Part shown: piece after piece, positions 1 through 13,603 of the stretch | Layout of the letters: each line of letters opens with the position of its first letter | Position numbering within the stretch: position 1 is the first letter of the stretch | Origin: Lytechinus pictus | Lineage: Eukaryota | Assembly (NCBI RefSeq): GCF_037042905.1 | Contig: NC_087255.1 | Location: 17,236,001 to 17,300,000, forward strand | DNA: 64,000 nt | Direction: 5' to 3' | The notes under the pieces: generated by a model | The model's database searches: none | The model's input: the letters and a program-made list of their open reading frames with translations, nothing else | Told to the model about the DNA's origin: nothing | Position numbers and translations under genes: made by a program

Positions 1-2619
1 AATCAATGTTTAAAGACTTACATAATTTGTTTGCCATATTGCAATTGGTTAATTTTCCGGGGCCTGGCCTGTGTTTGGCCGGCAGAACGCGTAATTTTAA
101 TTTGAGAAATTTCGAAAGCGAAAGAGCAAAGTGACTGAGCTCGTCGTGATTTTATATGCATTTTCTAAAGTGAATTTCAAGGATTTCATGTCTAACGCTA
201 AGGCCTAACGGTAACTTGTCAACCATATAATCTTCTAGATCTAACAGTTAGACTCAAGGAATTTACCCTGTAGGCATTTAACGGACTAAAAAATCATAAC
301 CTCCTAGCAGCTAGCCCATGCAGGCTGGCCTTAATTAAACCAAAGTTAGCTTGCATGGACCAACCCTCAAATGGTCTAGGTTTAGGCGTCCTATATATGA
401 CAGGGTGAAATCCGTCTGTTTTGAGTTTATTATTATTATTTTATTATTTTTTTGTTTTTGCATAGACTATCTCATACCAACAAGTCGTGCTAGATCTATT
501 CTAGATCTACTTAAAGTTAGATATCCAGTGTGGAACAACATCTTAACAGATCGAGACTGGTCAAAGCATTTGTCTAGTTAGACTAATAAAGTTAGATCTT
601 TAGACTTGGGTCTATCGATCAACTAGACAGGAATAACCGTCGTTTCTGGGGATTTATTCAGCAATTTCTGACATATTACTATAATCTCCATCGGTGAGAG
701 TGAGCCAGCGCAGTTCAGCAGAACAACCAAAATACAGAGACTGAAGCTTTGGGTCTATCGATCAACATGATCAAGATCTAAGTTAGATGTAGACTTCACT
801 TATTACTGATTGGAATGTATTTCTAAATTTATAAGTTTTTGGGAAAATGGTGAAAAGAAATGAAATACTACTGATAGATGTACGTGAATAAGTTTGTTTA
901 AAACCCATTGGCACTGCTGCCGGTTCTAATAAATAAATGAGTCACGGCCTATGGGCTGCAGATAAATGCTGATCAACGCCTAGCAGAATAAGTACCAGTG
1001 CTAGACTGACTAGGGGTTGAGATCTAAGCAGACGACGGAGCATAATGTAGCTTAAGCATAGAGTGATGATGGGTTCAGCGAAGAGCTCAGAGAAAATAAG
1101 GTGGTTATATTCAATCCCGAAATGCTTTGCGAGTGGTCACAAAATCGTCTCGGCGCAAATCACCTAATACAGCCGTCTGGTGAAATCGCTGATAACAACA
1201 ATCACCGATTTGGTAATGATTTTAGTTTCCTGAAACTTATATTTGTAAAGTTTTAAATATCAAAGTATGTTTTTATATGTATGTATATTCCTCAACATAT
1301 TTTTTAATGTTATCTTTGATATTGTTGTAGTCATATTCTTTCATATTCGTTTCTTGATCGCTACTAATTTGTTGTTGTATTGGATCGGCATTTGATTTCG
1401 TTGGCATGAACAATAAATTCGCGCGCAGCTCAGCTGCATGCGCGTATCGAGTTGACCTTCCTTATAGCAACACGCTTGTGTGTTGCTGCCCTCTACGTTC
1501 GTTGGTCTGCGCTTAACTGCATGCGCATATCCGCATCACTGCGCTCCATACACCACGCGAAGGTATGAAATTTAGCAAAATGAAAGGCTAAACAAGGCCC
1601 GAGCAGATCTACCTAGATTTATGTTAGTCCTATTCCCCTTTTCCTCTATTTTGGTTATTTGATCTACGTTCGTTGGACTATGCCTACAAATCAAGCGTTG
1701 TGTAAAACAAATATTCATTATTTTGTCATTCTTGCGACCATTCGAATATTACATTCGGTGCAAGCTGAAGCAATCTATTCATCTCCGCTTCCTGTATTTA
1801 AATGAACCCTTTCAACTTGCACGCTCATGTAATATTCGGAACGATTGCTCTTAAAAAAAACATTGAAAATTTGTATATCATATGTATGACCTATACGTGA
1901 GGTAGTTGCGTATTAGTTGTGAAATTCGTGTCAATCGTGTCATGGCACGACTTACGCTGCACAGGTCGCGACAATATTGTATCCATAATTTGTCGTGCCG
2001 AAGTTTGACAAATTCTAAATATTGCACACATCAAGCATTGTTCCGCACTGGACTGCATACTTCACGACATGGAACGACGTGGCACAAATCGATACTTGAA
2101 CTAGTCATAAACTATTCGTGTCCCAAAATAGTGCAAATTACGTCGTAGCAAAGCTAACCTTGCGTTTCTCGTATACAAATCATGCAAATCTACCAGAAAA
2201 GCCAAGACACCTTGTCGCCTTTAATCTATGCATTTGTGTTTCAAATTCATTAATGTCCACATCAAATTAAAGTTAATTAGGTTTTGTCCCCATTGGTACC
2301 AGACATGTTTCATTCCTACCTTGAACTTTCTTACATGAAATCCTGAAGTGCAGAGGCTTGATAACACCAGAGCACTGACAATAAACGATTGCTAAAGGAT
2401 ATAATAGTCAGTCGAGATTCCGTTGTAAAAGTCAACACATAAGAAACTGATAGTCAGCTATTATATAAGAGATGAATTAAGTGAAAGAAAACACTGCTTC
2501 CATGAAGGGGGAGGAGGTCTTCGAAAGATGAAGAGCCCATTCAAGTGGTTATGCACTTCGTCGAGGACGCCTGGATGTCAATGTGTACAATTAGGAATGT
2601 TTTAAATGTCCCCAACCAC

Positions 2620-4425
2620 CATGGGTGTCGATCGGTATTCTTGGTTGGGGGGGATGATTCACACAAAAGTTCTTGTGGATGGGGATCTTTCAACATTACC
2701 CCCACTAAAATCACAAGTTAGGACATTTTGGAGTAATTGATATGCATGGTGTTCTTGGAAACTCCTTCATTGTTGTAGTGTACTGTACTTATATAATTTT
2801 TTTTTGAAAATTCAATTTGTGTTACAAGTAAGCCTATTCTAAACTCATACGAAAGAAAAAAATGACAAAAATTGTCTGGACCATGTGCATAGTGATCTGT
2901 TTACTGAGCATGATGTATACACAGGGGCGTCGATCCATTTTTCAGATTGGGGGGGGGGGGATCATGAATCAACGTTCCAAAGGCGCTCGATCATACAAAA
3001 CGAACAAACTCACCCACACACTAGGCCTATATTATATATATATATGCATACATATATATATGACTCATGAGAAATAGACACATATCTTACCCTCACCAAC
3101 AATGCGAGCGCGAAGCGCGAGCTGAATTTTTTTAGTATGACACGAAAACAGGAAAAATGTACCTGTTTAGGTTTGTTTGTAGTAACTCATGAGGAGCATA
3201 AATACATGAATCTCACTAGAGAGCGAGCTAAAAATTTCTTTATATTCTGACGTGAAAGCTTGATATTCTAAGCATTTTTGGTACCAATGATTAAGATGGG
3301 TATCTAGAAGAACAATAGATGCGAGCGCAAAGCGCCAGCTGAAAATTTTGATATTTCGATCTGGAAAAAAAAGACAGTTTAATGGACGCTTTTAATAAAG
3401 AACAAGATATATATATCCATCAAAAGATTATTGCAAATCGAAGCGGGAATTCTTTTGAGGTATAGAACTGAAAGCGGGACATTCTATTCACCTATTTAAT
3501 CATGAAAAGTATGGGGTTTTGGTACAGAAATGATGCAAGCGCGAAGCGCGAGCTGAAAATTTTTATATTCCAATCTGAAAAGCAGACATTTTGAGCACGA
3601 TTTTAAATAAAAATCGAGTTGGTATCTCAATCTCGCTTGCTGGTTTCAGTGTAGCATTACAATCTTATTTTTTAGTTGCACATGCGGAATTATTGGGAGG
3701 TGGCAAAACGATATGTTCCCCCCAAATATTTTCATTGGTGGGGTGATCGCCCCCCCCCCCCCCGAATCGACGCCTCTGTGTATACAATGTCTCTCTTAAA
3801 TCTAACCCGACTGGCAATATCTTTTTTCTTAAATGCATGATGATAACATGCAGATTCGGACCAATTAAGACTAGCACAAATTACAAACTATGTGGCTTCT
3901 CGTGCGCCATCGGGCTTACCGTCATTCCATAGAGCTATTACTGTATGTAATAGCTATATGGTCATTCCTTAGACGATTTATCTTGCCACCCTTTTACTCC
4001 CGTTTATTGTCCACCCTTTTGAATTAATTGATGTATTAAAATTATTTTTTTCACCACTGGTGGGATGGAACACCCTATCAACAAAAGTTGTTTTTCGTTG
4101 GGGTCCTTTTATGTCATGTGTTAAAAATATCATATACAAAAACATTTCACTCTTTTTCATCCTGAACCTCCACCCATCTGTTTAATAGTCCTGAAAAAGA
4201 ATGTTTTTAATTAATAACAATATACACAAATTGCGAAGGAAACAAACTGATTGATGACATAATCATCACTATAATTATCATGATCAAACTTTTAATTTTT
4301 TCATCATCATTATTATAATTTTTCTACCCTAAATTATTGGGGGGGATGATAATACAGGCCATCCCCCCCACTTGAAATATTGGGGGGGATATATCCCCCC
4401 ATCCCCCCCGTGATCGACACCCATG
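2620..4425. mobile_element. hAT-like non-autonomous element (outer member of a nested pair)
   Basis: TIR CATGGGTGTCGATC / GATCGACACCCATG. 8-bp TSD CCAACCAC (2612-2619, 4426-4433). G-run and C-runs lie just inside the TIRs. Confidence 0.85.
2922..3778 (+). mobile_element. hAT-like non-autonomous element with internal GCGAGCGCGAAGCGCGAGC repeats, nested
   Basis: TIR CAGGGGCGTCGAT / ATCGACGCCTCTG. 8-bp TSD TGTATACA (2914-2921, 3779-3786). Confidence 0.88.
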
Positions 4426-5026
4426 CCAACCACCCTGGCCCCAGAAGCATACTGAGAATGAGAACGAACCTATTCAATGGTGATTTTACATACGGGCTAG
4501 ATGTAGGACAGAGGTTTGTGAAAACCGGACACATTTCAACCGTGCACTTGGCGACGTAATACAATGTATATTTTGAAGAGAGAAGAGGACAGTCTTCCGA
4601 ATTCCAGTTTGCAGGCGAGGTATCGGTTACATCGACAAACTCGTGTTCCGTGTTCAAGTGCGTTCGTTGAATAATGATCGGGGCTCATTAGGAATTCACG
4701 GTCTTTGGAGCTCACTACAGTACAATGCAAAGACTGCCTATAATGCATTTCTGGAATGACATTAAAATAATTGTGTACACGTCAGCCACTCGCTTTGTGA
4801 ATCGCAGAGTATTCTCCTGTTTCAAGGAGAACGTGGTAACATCTGTTATTTTTTCTGAATGATTTGGAAGATGTCAATAGTTAACAAGCGCAGAGCAAGT
4901 AATTTATACGTCATTAGCTTTCAACTTTATGTCGAAACCACTTTATAATCAACTGTTCAAATTCGGTACAAAAGATAAACTTTAGTCCAAAGGATAATAA
5001 TATACACGGACATAGCAACGCACTTT

Positions 5027-5210
5027 GGGGCCGTTTCATAAAGCTGCTCGAAAGTTAAGAGCGACTTTAAGAACGACTGGTGAACCTTTCTTACGCGCTA
5101 AATAATCGCAAATAAACATTTAATGGTGATTATCATTTGCCACAAGAAAGTATCACCAGTCGTTCTTAAAGTCATTCTTAACTTACGAACAGCTTTATGA
5201 AACGGCCCTC
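5027..5210. mobile_element. MITE (near-palindromic, possibly PIF/Harbinger-type)
   Basis: Long TIRs GGGCCGTTTCATAAAGCTG..TTAAGAACGACTGGTGA / TCACCAGTCGTTCTTAA..CAGCTTTATGAAACGGCCC. Confidence 0.8.
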
Positions 5211-5372
5211 AGGGCTACCAGTGTACAAAGCCTATGATGATTACAGAATTCTGTAATCAACAAGTTATTAAGTAAAGATTATTTTAGTTTTGAGAATAAT
5301 GAAAAAAAAAATAAAAAGGAAATATCTTCTATGATATTTCATATAATGCTACATAACAAAAGCTTTCTGCGT

Positions 5373-5404
<32 letters not shown>

Positions 5405-5674
5405 GGGGGGGGGGGGGGGTTAAAGACCTTATACATTGGCGTCATCGACCCGCCATCTTAGAGGATAAGACATCGCCCAGCATGCGTTGGTGATCTGCAG
5501 CTGCGCATCTTCGTTTATATAGATCCTCTGAGGGAGGGCGCTATGAGATTATTACCAACGGTATCATGGGTATTGACAATAACCCTCAACGAGTACTGAT
5601 CATGGGGAGGGTTTTGACAGTGCGTATTTCATAAATGAATGGCCATGCAAATTTTTACGGCAAGATATTAAGAA

Positions 5675-5810
5675 ATACTACTACCATCACTACTACTATA
5701 CTACCATGACTACTTCTACTGCTAATGCTGCTATACACTTCTGCTATTAGTACCTAGCACCTACTGCTAATAATGCAACTAATACTATTATTACTACTTC
5801 TACTTCTGAT
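5675..5810. repeat. Degenerate (TAC/CTA)n microsatellite
   Basis: Visible trinucleotide tract. Confidence 0.8.
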
Positions 5811-6449
5811 ATGAGCCAGGATACTATCACTATACGAATACATCGTAAAGTGATATTAAAAAAGGAAGAAATAGTATTCTTTTTCACTTTTACATAATGT
5901 ATATCTTCATCATGTCCGATGGTAAAAATTAAAAGCTGCATTAGAAACGATTGCATTTTTATAGTCTTTAGGGAATACGACAAGAGCTTGCCAGATCAAA
6001 AAGAGAGAAAGAAAAGGGGAAATATAATCTAGAGTACACTGTTTGACCTAAAAGGAAAATCTGCATCATTTTCGGATCAGGGTATAACAAAGGGGAAAGG
6101 GATGCTGCATAGAATTGCTTTATATCCTTTCTTCAAGCCATTTACATCCTTGACTCGAATGAGAATATACTGACATCGAAATAACATCTGAGCAGTCAGT
6201 GATTATGACTGTCATGGAATGCATAGACTTAATTGGTTCCTCTTTGGAGAATGGAATAGGGGGGATGTGGCCCCGGTTGCCCTTCTCAACCCTCGTCAAT
6301 CAATGATAGCCGGCAGACACTCCGAACTGAGACAGGTGAAAAATGCAATTTACTTGAGAGAGCTTCGGTACGTAGAGACGAACCCGTGCGTGTAATGTTT
6401 CCTAAAGCTAACCACGCTACAGATCCTTCGGCGGAGCCAAAATAGGGCA

Positions 6450-6650
6450 AGTAAGAAGGCGCAGGAAAGGAAGATAGAGAGGAGAGGGGAATAGAGAGGG
6501 AGAAAGAAAGACAGACTGGGAGGGAGAGTGGAAAAAAGAGGGAGAAAAAGAGAAAAGAGAGAGGGAAAAGCGGGGGAGGGGAGGGTGACGAGAGATTAAG
6601 GTAAGGGTAGAGATAGAGAAAGGCAGGGAGGCGGGAGAAGATGAGTTCAG
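6450..6650. repeat. GA-rich polypurine tract
   Basis: Low-complexity purine run. Confidence 0.8.
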
Positions 6651-7019
6651 GGTAAGTGATCGAAGAAAAAACAACTAAATAAGAATATCACTCTGCACCA
6701 TTCTGCATCAACCAATGTGAGAAAGATAATACGTATCGACACTGAAAGAAACGACAAACGAAGTGAGAACAGCCATACAGATATCACGATCGATACACTC
6801 TATACGATCCGACAGCTACACATAATTATGTATAACATCGACACAAGTGTAATAATGGATTTAGTGTTTTTTTATGATAAATGAGAGATGGAGACAAAAT
6901 TCTCCGCCGAAGTGCATAATTATTAATGATTCGATACGAACCATGCGCATGACGCGTTTCTATTCGATCATACTTTAGCTATCACAATTTCTTTCTTTTG
7001 CTTTGTAAAGGCAGACCAC

Positions 7020-7250
7020 TTGAAAACAAGATGAAGAAGGAGGAAGAGAAGATGATGAAAAACAAGAATAAGGGGAAGTGAAAGAGGATTAGAAGAAAAA
7101 AGGATAAGGAAAAGAACAAAAGTGAAGAAAGGAGGAAAAAATTATTCAAAGGAAAGGGGAAAATAGGAAAAAGAAATACTGAGAAGAAAAAAGAAGAGAG
7201 AACAACAAGGAGAGAAATAAGGATAGGGAGGAAAAGATGGGGGTCTAAAA
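7020..7250. repeat. GAA-rich polypurine tract
   Basis: Low-complexity purine run. Confidence 0.8.
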
Positions 7251-8589
7251 AAGTCGAAAAATGAATATCATCTGAACGAATATCGCAATTTCTCCTCTTA
7301 AAACATGACGATGGATTTAAAAAGACCACGTTACCCAGATATCCAAGATACATGTACCTAGTGTCTTAATATCTTCAGTAGATAACAAAAACGCTTACTT
7401 CATTTATATAAGATAGGGTAGACTTATTCTTCTGTAGAGAAGGAGATTCTGAGATGTCATGCTTTTTCTTAATGAAAAAATGATGAAGTTCGGTGATATT
7501 AGTGTGATAAGAGACTTAAAAAAAAAACTTTCATATCTTCATAAGACGACGCCTTCGGTAAAATCAGTTGAATCTGAAATAATTCCTATCGAATCGAAGT
7601 GACATATTACGCAAATTTAACAGGCAGAGGAAAAGGCTGAGGGGTGCTCTGGGTGCACGTGCACCCTTCCGCTGAGGCAGAGGAGTTCAGACACTGGCAA
7701 GCAAAACGAAATTTATACCCCTTATTTTGCTTTCAACAGCTGATTTTCCGAACATTAGTTCCACGTTCCCAAGGTGTGCACCCCCATACCACTTTAGTTT
7801 CACCTCCCAAGGATGTGCACCTCCCCATGCTCAAGCCAGCCTACGCCCTTGACAGGATAATGTTGAAGAGGTATTCCACAATAATTAAGGTCGACAAGGA
7901 CTAGGAGCAACTCTCGATTTCTTGTTCAATGTTTTACATTTTCACCAGACAGCAGCTATGGCAGTGAAGGTTCAATTTTCTATAGTAATGATGCTACAAA
8001 TAATCAATTCATTATCACGAAATGGAATATGAAGGAAGGATAGCGCTGGAATATTATTATATTAAAGCTTATTCGAACCCTTTGGCAGAGAATGCGTTGT
8101 TTATCTCCGCTTTCAATAGATAGTCGACGCAGGCTATAATATTTAATCCGTTCGGAGGTGCATATATTTTTAAAGATCATTAAATTAGGAGCCCTGTTTG
8201 CGTGGGCTGAGAGTGATAGCACCTATTATAAATTTACCCCCACTTTAGTCTTCAAGGGATTGGATGTTGGTCATAGTGGTGGTAGGGGGGGGTTAGATAT
8301 TTATAGATATACAAATGGTATGTTTGTATACTGCTTCACGTATGTAATGGAAACAGGGAAATGGCTTTCCCCCTGTTTGTCTGCGATTGATTTTCTTACG
8401 GAACTCGTTATGAAGTGTCAATCTCCCTGCATATAAAGGGGGGGGGGGGGAACCCATAAAGATCTGTGTGTGTTTTTATGGGCGGGCGGGGGTGGGTCAT
8501 GTATGTGTGAATATTTTCTTTAGATTTTGCCGGCTATAAAACAAACCATTACCGGAGTTATTTAATACTGAACATGACTTGAATACTGA

Positions 8590-9070
8590 ATGCATCGTTA
8601 TCCCCATCGTCATTATCATCATCATCAAACCACCATTATCGTCATCGTCATCGCCATCACGACCATCATCATCATTATTACCATCAAAACCATCATCATC
8701 AACATCCTCATCATCCGTATCATCATGATTACCATCACCACCACCATTATCATCATCCAATGCGTATAGATGGGAGGGGGGACCAAAAAGAAATTCACGA
8801 CCAAGAAAAAAAAAGAAGAAGAAAAGTCCTACAAAGAGAATGGTGAAATATAATACTGTTTTCAAAATATTACGTAAATATCTATCCTAAAATTTGATTT
8901 TTGCAATAAATATGTCGAAATTTTTGCTCGCTGCTTCGCTCACTCGCAACTCTAATATCTAGCCCCCTCAAAATATTTGGCCAATCATGTCAGTGTCATC
9001 ATCACCACCAACACCACCAACATCAGTGCTGCCACCACCACAGTCACCACTTTCATCACCATATCATGAA
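8590..9070. repeat. (CAT/CAC)n microsatellite split by a MITE
   Basis: Visible trinucleotide tract on both sides of 8758-8995. Confidence 0.8.
8758..8995 (-). mobile_element. Decayed hAT-like MITE inserted in a (CAT)n microsatellite
   Basis: Flanked by TCATCATC on both sides (8750-8757, 8996-9003). The left end resembles the reverse complement of the ATCTGTACGCCAGTG end seen at 13370 and 46503. It contains a reversed GCGAAGC-type motif. Confidence 0.55.
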
Positions 9071-9570
9071 CAAGTAGCCCTGTCTGAAACGAGTAAACAA
9101 AACGATGTTAATGATATGATCCAAGCGCTTCGGGTTCATCTAATAATGACATGCTAAAGAGATTAGCATTTTCCCTCCCTCCGGAGCCTGTTGAGTCCGT
9201 GTGCATCCAATCAATAAAGACCCCATGTTCCATTTATGCAGAGAGTTAATTAGCTTCCGAGGAAAAGATATGAGTAATGATCATTTTTGCACGTGGGTAA
9301 CCTTGAAACCTCCCTAAATATAATCATGACAATAGAAACATTAAAGTCTGAAATGACTATGCAGGCAAGCAATGCTATTATCGTAATTACATTGTTGTAA
9401 CATTTATCATATCCGTTATACGTGTTCATCCTTCATTCTAAATCTAGCACCATCCAATAGTGAGATTGATGGCGTTCTAAAATGTGACACAATCCATTTC
9501 AATCATTTGTTCCTGTGAAGTACTGAACAATATGCCAATTAATTTCTTGGCAACTTAATTTTTGTGAGAT

Positions 9571-9733
9571 CAGGGGGGCGTTTCATGAAAGGACTTGTCG
9601 GACGTTTTATCCGACAAATCCCATTTTATCCGACAGTTACCATAGGAACAGTGCCTCTCTGCCAATCAAAATCATGGAAAGATGTCAGATCTTACAACTT
9701 GTCGGATGAAAATATTGATGAAACGCTCCCCTG
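9571..9733. mobile_element. MITE
   Basis: TIR CAGGGGGGCGTTTCAT / ATGAAACGCTCCCCTG, with internal TCCGACA/TGTCGGA repeats. Confidence 0.75.
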
Positions 9734-10711
9734 AAAGGAGATGGAAGCAGGGAAATATAATTCGTGCTCGTTTTCCTTATACCTGTTATAATCAGTGCGT
9801 GATCTTCGAAAAAACAACATTGTTTGTTATATATTCAATATACCCCAAATCCAAGGAATTAAATTTTATATATGTGCTTTGAATGAACACAGGTTTAAAT
9901 GGCAATGCCATTCTGAAATAAGTCTCATAAGAATAACTCATATTCTATAAGAGAGACAGCGTGGATTTAGCGGCTTACACGTCGGCCACAGTGATAAGGT
10001 TTCAATAGAGTGAATGAAATCATATATATAATATATATCAGTGTAAAGTTCTAATCCCTAAAAAAACATACAGTGGCTGTAATACCACTTTTTATTGACT
10101 GATTCTTTGGGGATGTTTGAATCTTTCTATTGATCTGAATATTCCTTTAAAAAGGAGACTCTATAAACACTTTCTTCTTGATACATCTGATGCTCGAAAA
10201 GTGGTTTAATAAAAAAACAACTTTAAAATAGTGCTTATTAGTTTTAATAGCGAAATAAATGTTTCAATTTAGACATTTTAATTGAAGGTGTTACCTATAG
10301 ATATAAAATTGAAAGATTTCATCCTTCAAGCAACATGTGCTTTATGATATAAGATATACAATGCTAGCTGAGAATGAATTCACATTTTGAAAATGAATAT
10401 GATCTGCAGATATACCATTTTAAAATAAACATGCTTTGTTTAAAATAAAAATGAAATATCATAATTAATTGGCCTTTGAAGAAAAAAGATGTGGGAATCC
10501 CGGTTTCCTTTTTCCTGGGACGCACAATATATCAAGGTTCTTCCTGGATTGATTGTTGCAGTGGGTGTTATTGTTATGACAATGAAACATGTGAAACACC
10601 TGCGCTATAACGGGACCAGGCAGACAAAAGCCGGCAGCAACCAATGTCATATGATCCCCTCAAATTAAATGGTTCTATTGAGAAGACGGACAAATCTGAA
10701 TCGGAAAAAAC

Positions 10712-11255
10712 CCCGGGGGGGCCACTTACATTGACGAGTGGATACCATGCGCGACCAAAAAAACACGTAAAAAGGATGTCTTTTTCACGATAGGGCACGT
10801 TACGTACGTAACGTGATAAGGGTGTCAAAAACACAAAAATAATGAAAAAAGGGTATCTATTTCGCTAGAAAAATGACGTGTTTAGGGTCGAATTCGCGGG
10901 GATGATAAAACAAAATTAAAATGTTTTATAAAGGATGTCCTTTTTGCCCCAACACTTCGTGTTTAGAGTCCGATTTGCGAGAGGTGTAGAAGGTGGGGTC
11001 GTACTTAACCAAATAAGGTAAAGCCGACGGCCGAAGGACCCGTAACAATAAAACATTCCTGTACTTGTTTAGGGGTTCATTTCAGGAAACATGAGTATCG
11101 TTTTGTTTCCAATACTTGTTAAGGGTAGGGTTTCACACGCCAATACTTGTTAAGGGGTGCATTTTCAGTATATGGAAATTACGTGTTTAGGGTGCTTTTC
11201 GAGACCCCATGGTCGCGCATGGTATCCACTCGTGAATGGAAGTGGCCCCCCCGGG
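10712..11255 (+). mobile_element. CCCGGG-ended MITE, family A, copy 1
   Basis: ~45-bp TIR CCCGGGGGGGCCACTT..GAGTGGATACCATGCGCGACC. 8-bp TSD GAAAAAAC (10704-10711, 11256-11263). Confidence 0.92.
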
Positions 11256-11851
11256 GAAAAAACATGAATTTATATGTAGATTGCACATTGCACATTGATC
11301 AGAATAGAAACAAAGAAAATGATGAATTCCTATTTCGAATATACCAAACATACACGGGTACTTCATTATGACGCGAGACCGGAGCATTTTTTTAATAATG
11401 CTTACATATTTGCTACAGTCTTGAGTCTTGATCAAAAAGGGAATGTCAGGTTTGATAATACTTGACATCATAATCATTTCATGTCATTAATGTACTAATA
11501 GAATGCCTTGATAAATATATCCGGAACATTTGGGCTATTTCAAAGATAATAGCCTGTTTGTAATTAAATTATAAGAATTTCCTTTATGAATTTAATCTGA
11601 CTTAATAAAATAGCAAAACACACAGTGAAACACATTAATTGAAATTTGCGAAAATTTATTAAAGAATACCAAAGTTATGAATGCGAAATAGAAAATTTGT
11701 TTTAATACAGTAATAAAATATATTGAAAACTAAAAAAAATATAGTGCGATAAATTGTTGCACTATTTTACGAAATATGCAGTCACGAACCGTTAAAAATA
11801 GGGAGAATTCCCTGTTTTTATGAATCATTATAATGCATCGCCAGCGGTGAC

Positions 11852-12378
11852 CCGACAATTGCTCCGCCGACATCTGCTCCGCTGACAACTGCTACGCAAA
11901 ATACGACAACTGCTCCGCCGACAATTGCTCCGGACAGTTGCTCCGCCGACAGTTGCTCCGTCGACACTTGCTCCGCCGACAGTTGCTCCGTCGACACTTG
12001 CTCCGCCGATATTTGCTCCGTCGACATATGCTCCGCTGATATTTGCTCCGCCGACATCTGCTCCGCCGAAAATTGCTCCGCCGACATCTGCTCCGATTAT
12101 ACGACAATTGCTCCGCCGATTTTTGCTCCGCCGACATCTGCTCCGCCGATTTTTGCTCCGCCGACATCTGCTCCGCCGATAATTGCTCCGCCGACATCTG
12201 CTCCGCCGAAAATTGCATCGCGACAATTGCTCCGCCGATATCTGCTCCGTCAATGTTTGCTCCGCCGACATCTGCTCCGCCGAAAATTGCATCGCGACAA
12301 TTGCTCCGCCGATATCTGCTCCGTCAATGTTTGCTCCGCCGACATCTGCTCCGCCGTAAATTGCTCCGATATTGCGAC
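11852..12378 (+). repeat. Left arm: 15-bp tandem array (consensus ~GCTCCGCCGACAATT / GCTCCGCCGACATCT)
   Basis: Directly visible tandem units with diagnostic variants such as GCTACGCAAAATACGAC. Confidence 0.95.
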
Positions 12379-12503
12379 ATTTAAATTAATTCGTACTTTC
12401 ATGCGCATAACAATTGTAGCACAGGATGAAGACGTCAATTTACAAATGTGTATATTATAATATATATATTGCAAAGTAAATTTGATATATTACATGACAT
12501 AAA

Positions 12504-12656
12504 CAGGGGCCGCGGAACGGTTTTCAAAGTGGGGGCTGACCATGCTAAAAATCACAATCATATGGTCATTTTTACGTTTTTGTACACGGTTTTGGAAAAA
12601 AAGGGGGGAGGGGGGGGGGGGGCTGAAGCCCCCAGCCCCCGGTTCCGCGGCCCCTG
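12504..12656. mobile_element. Short hAT-like MITE nested in the foldback element
   Basis: Perfect 15-bp TIR CAGGGGCCGCGGAAC / GTTCCGCGGCCCCTG. The flanks are similar (..ACATAA) but not an exact TSD. Confidence 0.75.
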
Positions 12657-13213
12657 ATACATAACATAGAAAGAAATAGAAAAAAGGGATAAGCACAAAG
12701 GAGGGATAGATATTCTTAATTCTTATTCTTTGGGGGGCATTTGTTTAAGTTTTATTTCGTGCCTGGTGATTAAAATGAAAAAAAAATACGCGTGTTCATG
12801 TAATTATCATGACGGGACAAAAAAAAAATTCTTAGCGTCAAAATCGCTCTGGCGAAATATGCTCCGAAGTGGAGATATTTGCTCCAGGTGAAATTCAATA
12901 GGTATGCTTTATGTTTACAATAAAAAAAAATGCGTATAAATTTCCCCTTTCCAGGTTAATAACATCTCGTGCTTCGTGCTCGCATTATAAATTCAGTGCG
13001 ATGCGTTATTGGGTTTCATGAATATGTAACTATATTATTACTGGTATATATATGTGTATAATGTATATTATTGTCTTTTAGAAACAACATTATTTGTTTA
13101 TACGTTATGAGAGAGATACATACATATATTCATTTATTAAAATATATTTATATTGTTGCTATTGCACAGAATAGAAAAAAATACAACCGAAGTCTCGTCT
13201 TATAGTAACTCAC

Positions 13214-13370
13214 CAGTAGCGTAATGAGCCAACAAAAAAAATGGAGGGGGCCAGACAAGGATGACATTTAGTTTCCTTTCCTTTATTCTTTTTTTTTTCA
13301 TTGGTAGGGAGAATGGGGGGGGGGGGATCCGTGACCCCTAGCACGCCCCTCCCCTATCTGTACGCCAGTG
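13214..13370 (+). mobile_element. Short hAT-like MITE nested in the foldback element
   Basis: Ends CAGTAGCGTA / TACGCCAGTG with G- and C-tracts. A related copy lies at 46252-46503. Confidence 0.6.
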
Positions 13371-13603
13371 ATGATCATGCTTTCGTTTGAAACAAATTTA
13401 AAGAAAAAAGGTGCAAGGGTAGATAAGGCCCAAGACGTATTAAAAAATATTGATAAAAATATTAACAATTGTAATGCTGATAAATATACAATAAATCAAG
13501 CGGTAACCAATGAAAATTAATAGTGTGAAAGAACAAAACGAGAAAGAGGGAGAGAGAGGGGGGCGCAAATGTGTGGTGTATAAGTTGCTGGAAAGCAGAA
13601 GGG

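Noticed and set aside
1898-1918. let-7-like sequence TGAGGTAGTTGCGTATTAGTT
   Set aside because: Only the first 9 nt match, and no complementary arm for a pre-miRNA hairpin is visible nearby.
4334-4748. Cys-containing minus-strand ORFs as a possible host exon
   Set aside because: No recognisable domain or clear splice boundaries, and one ORF runs into a transposon end.
11852-12378. CRISPR-like array
   Set aside because: The units are contiguous with no unique spacers, there are no cas genes, and the context is eukaryotic.
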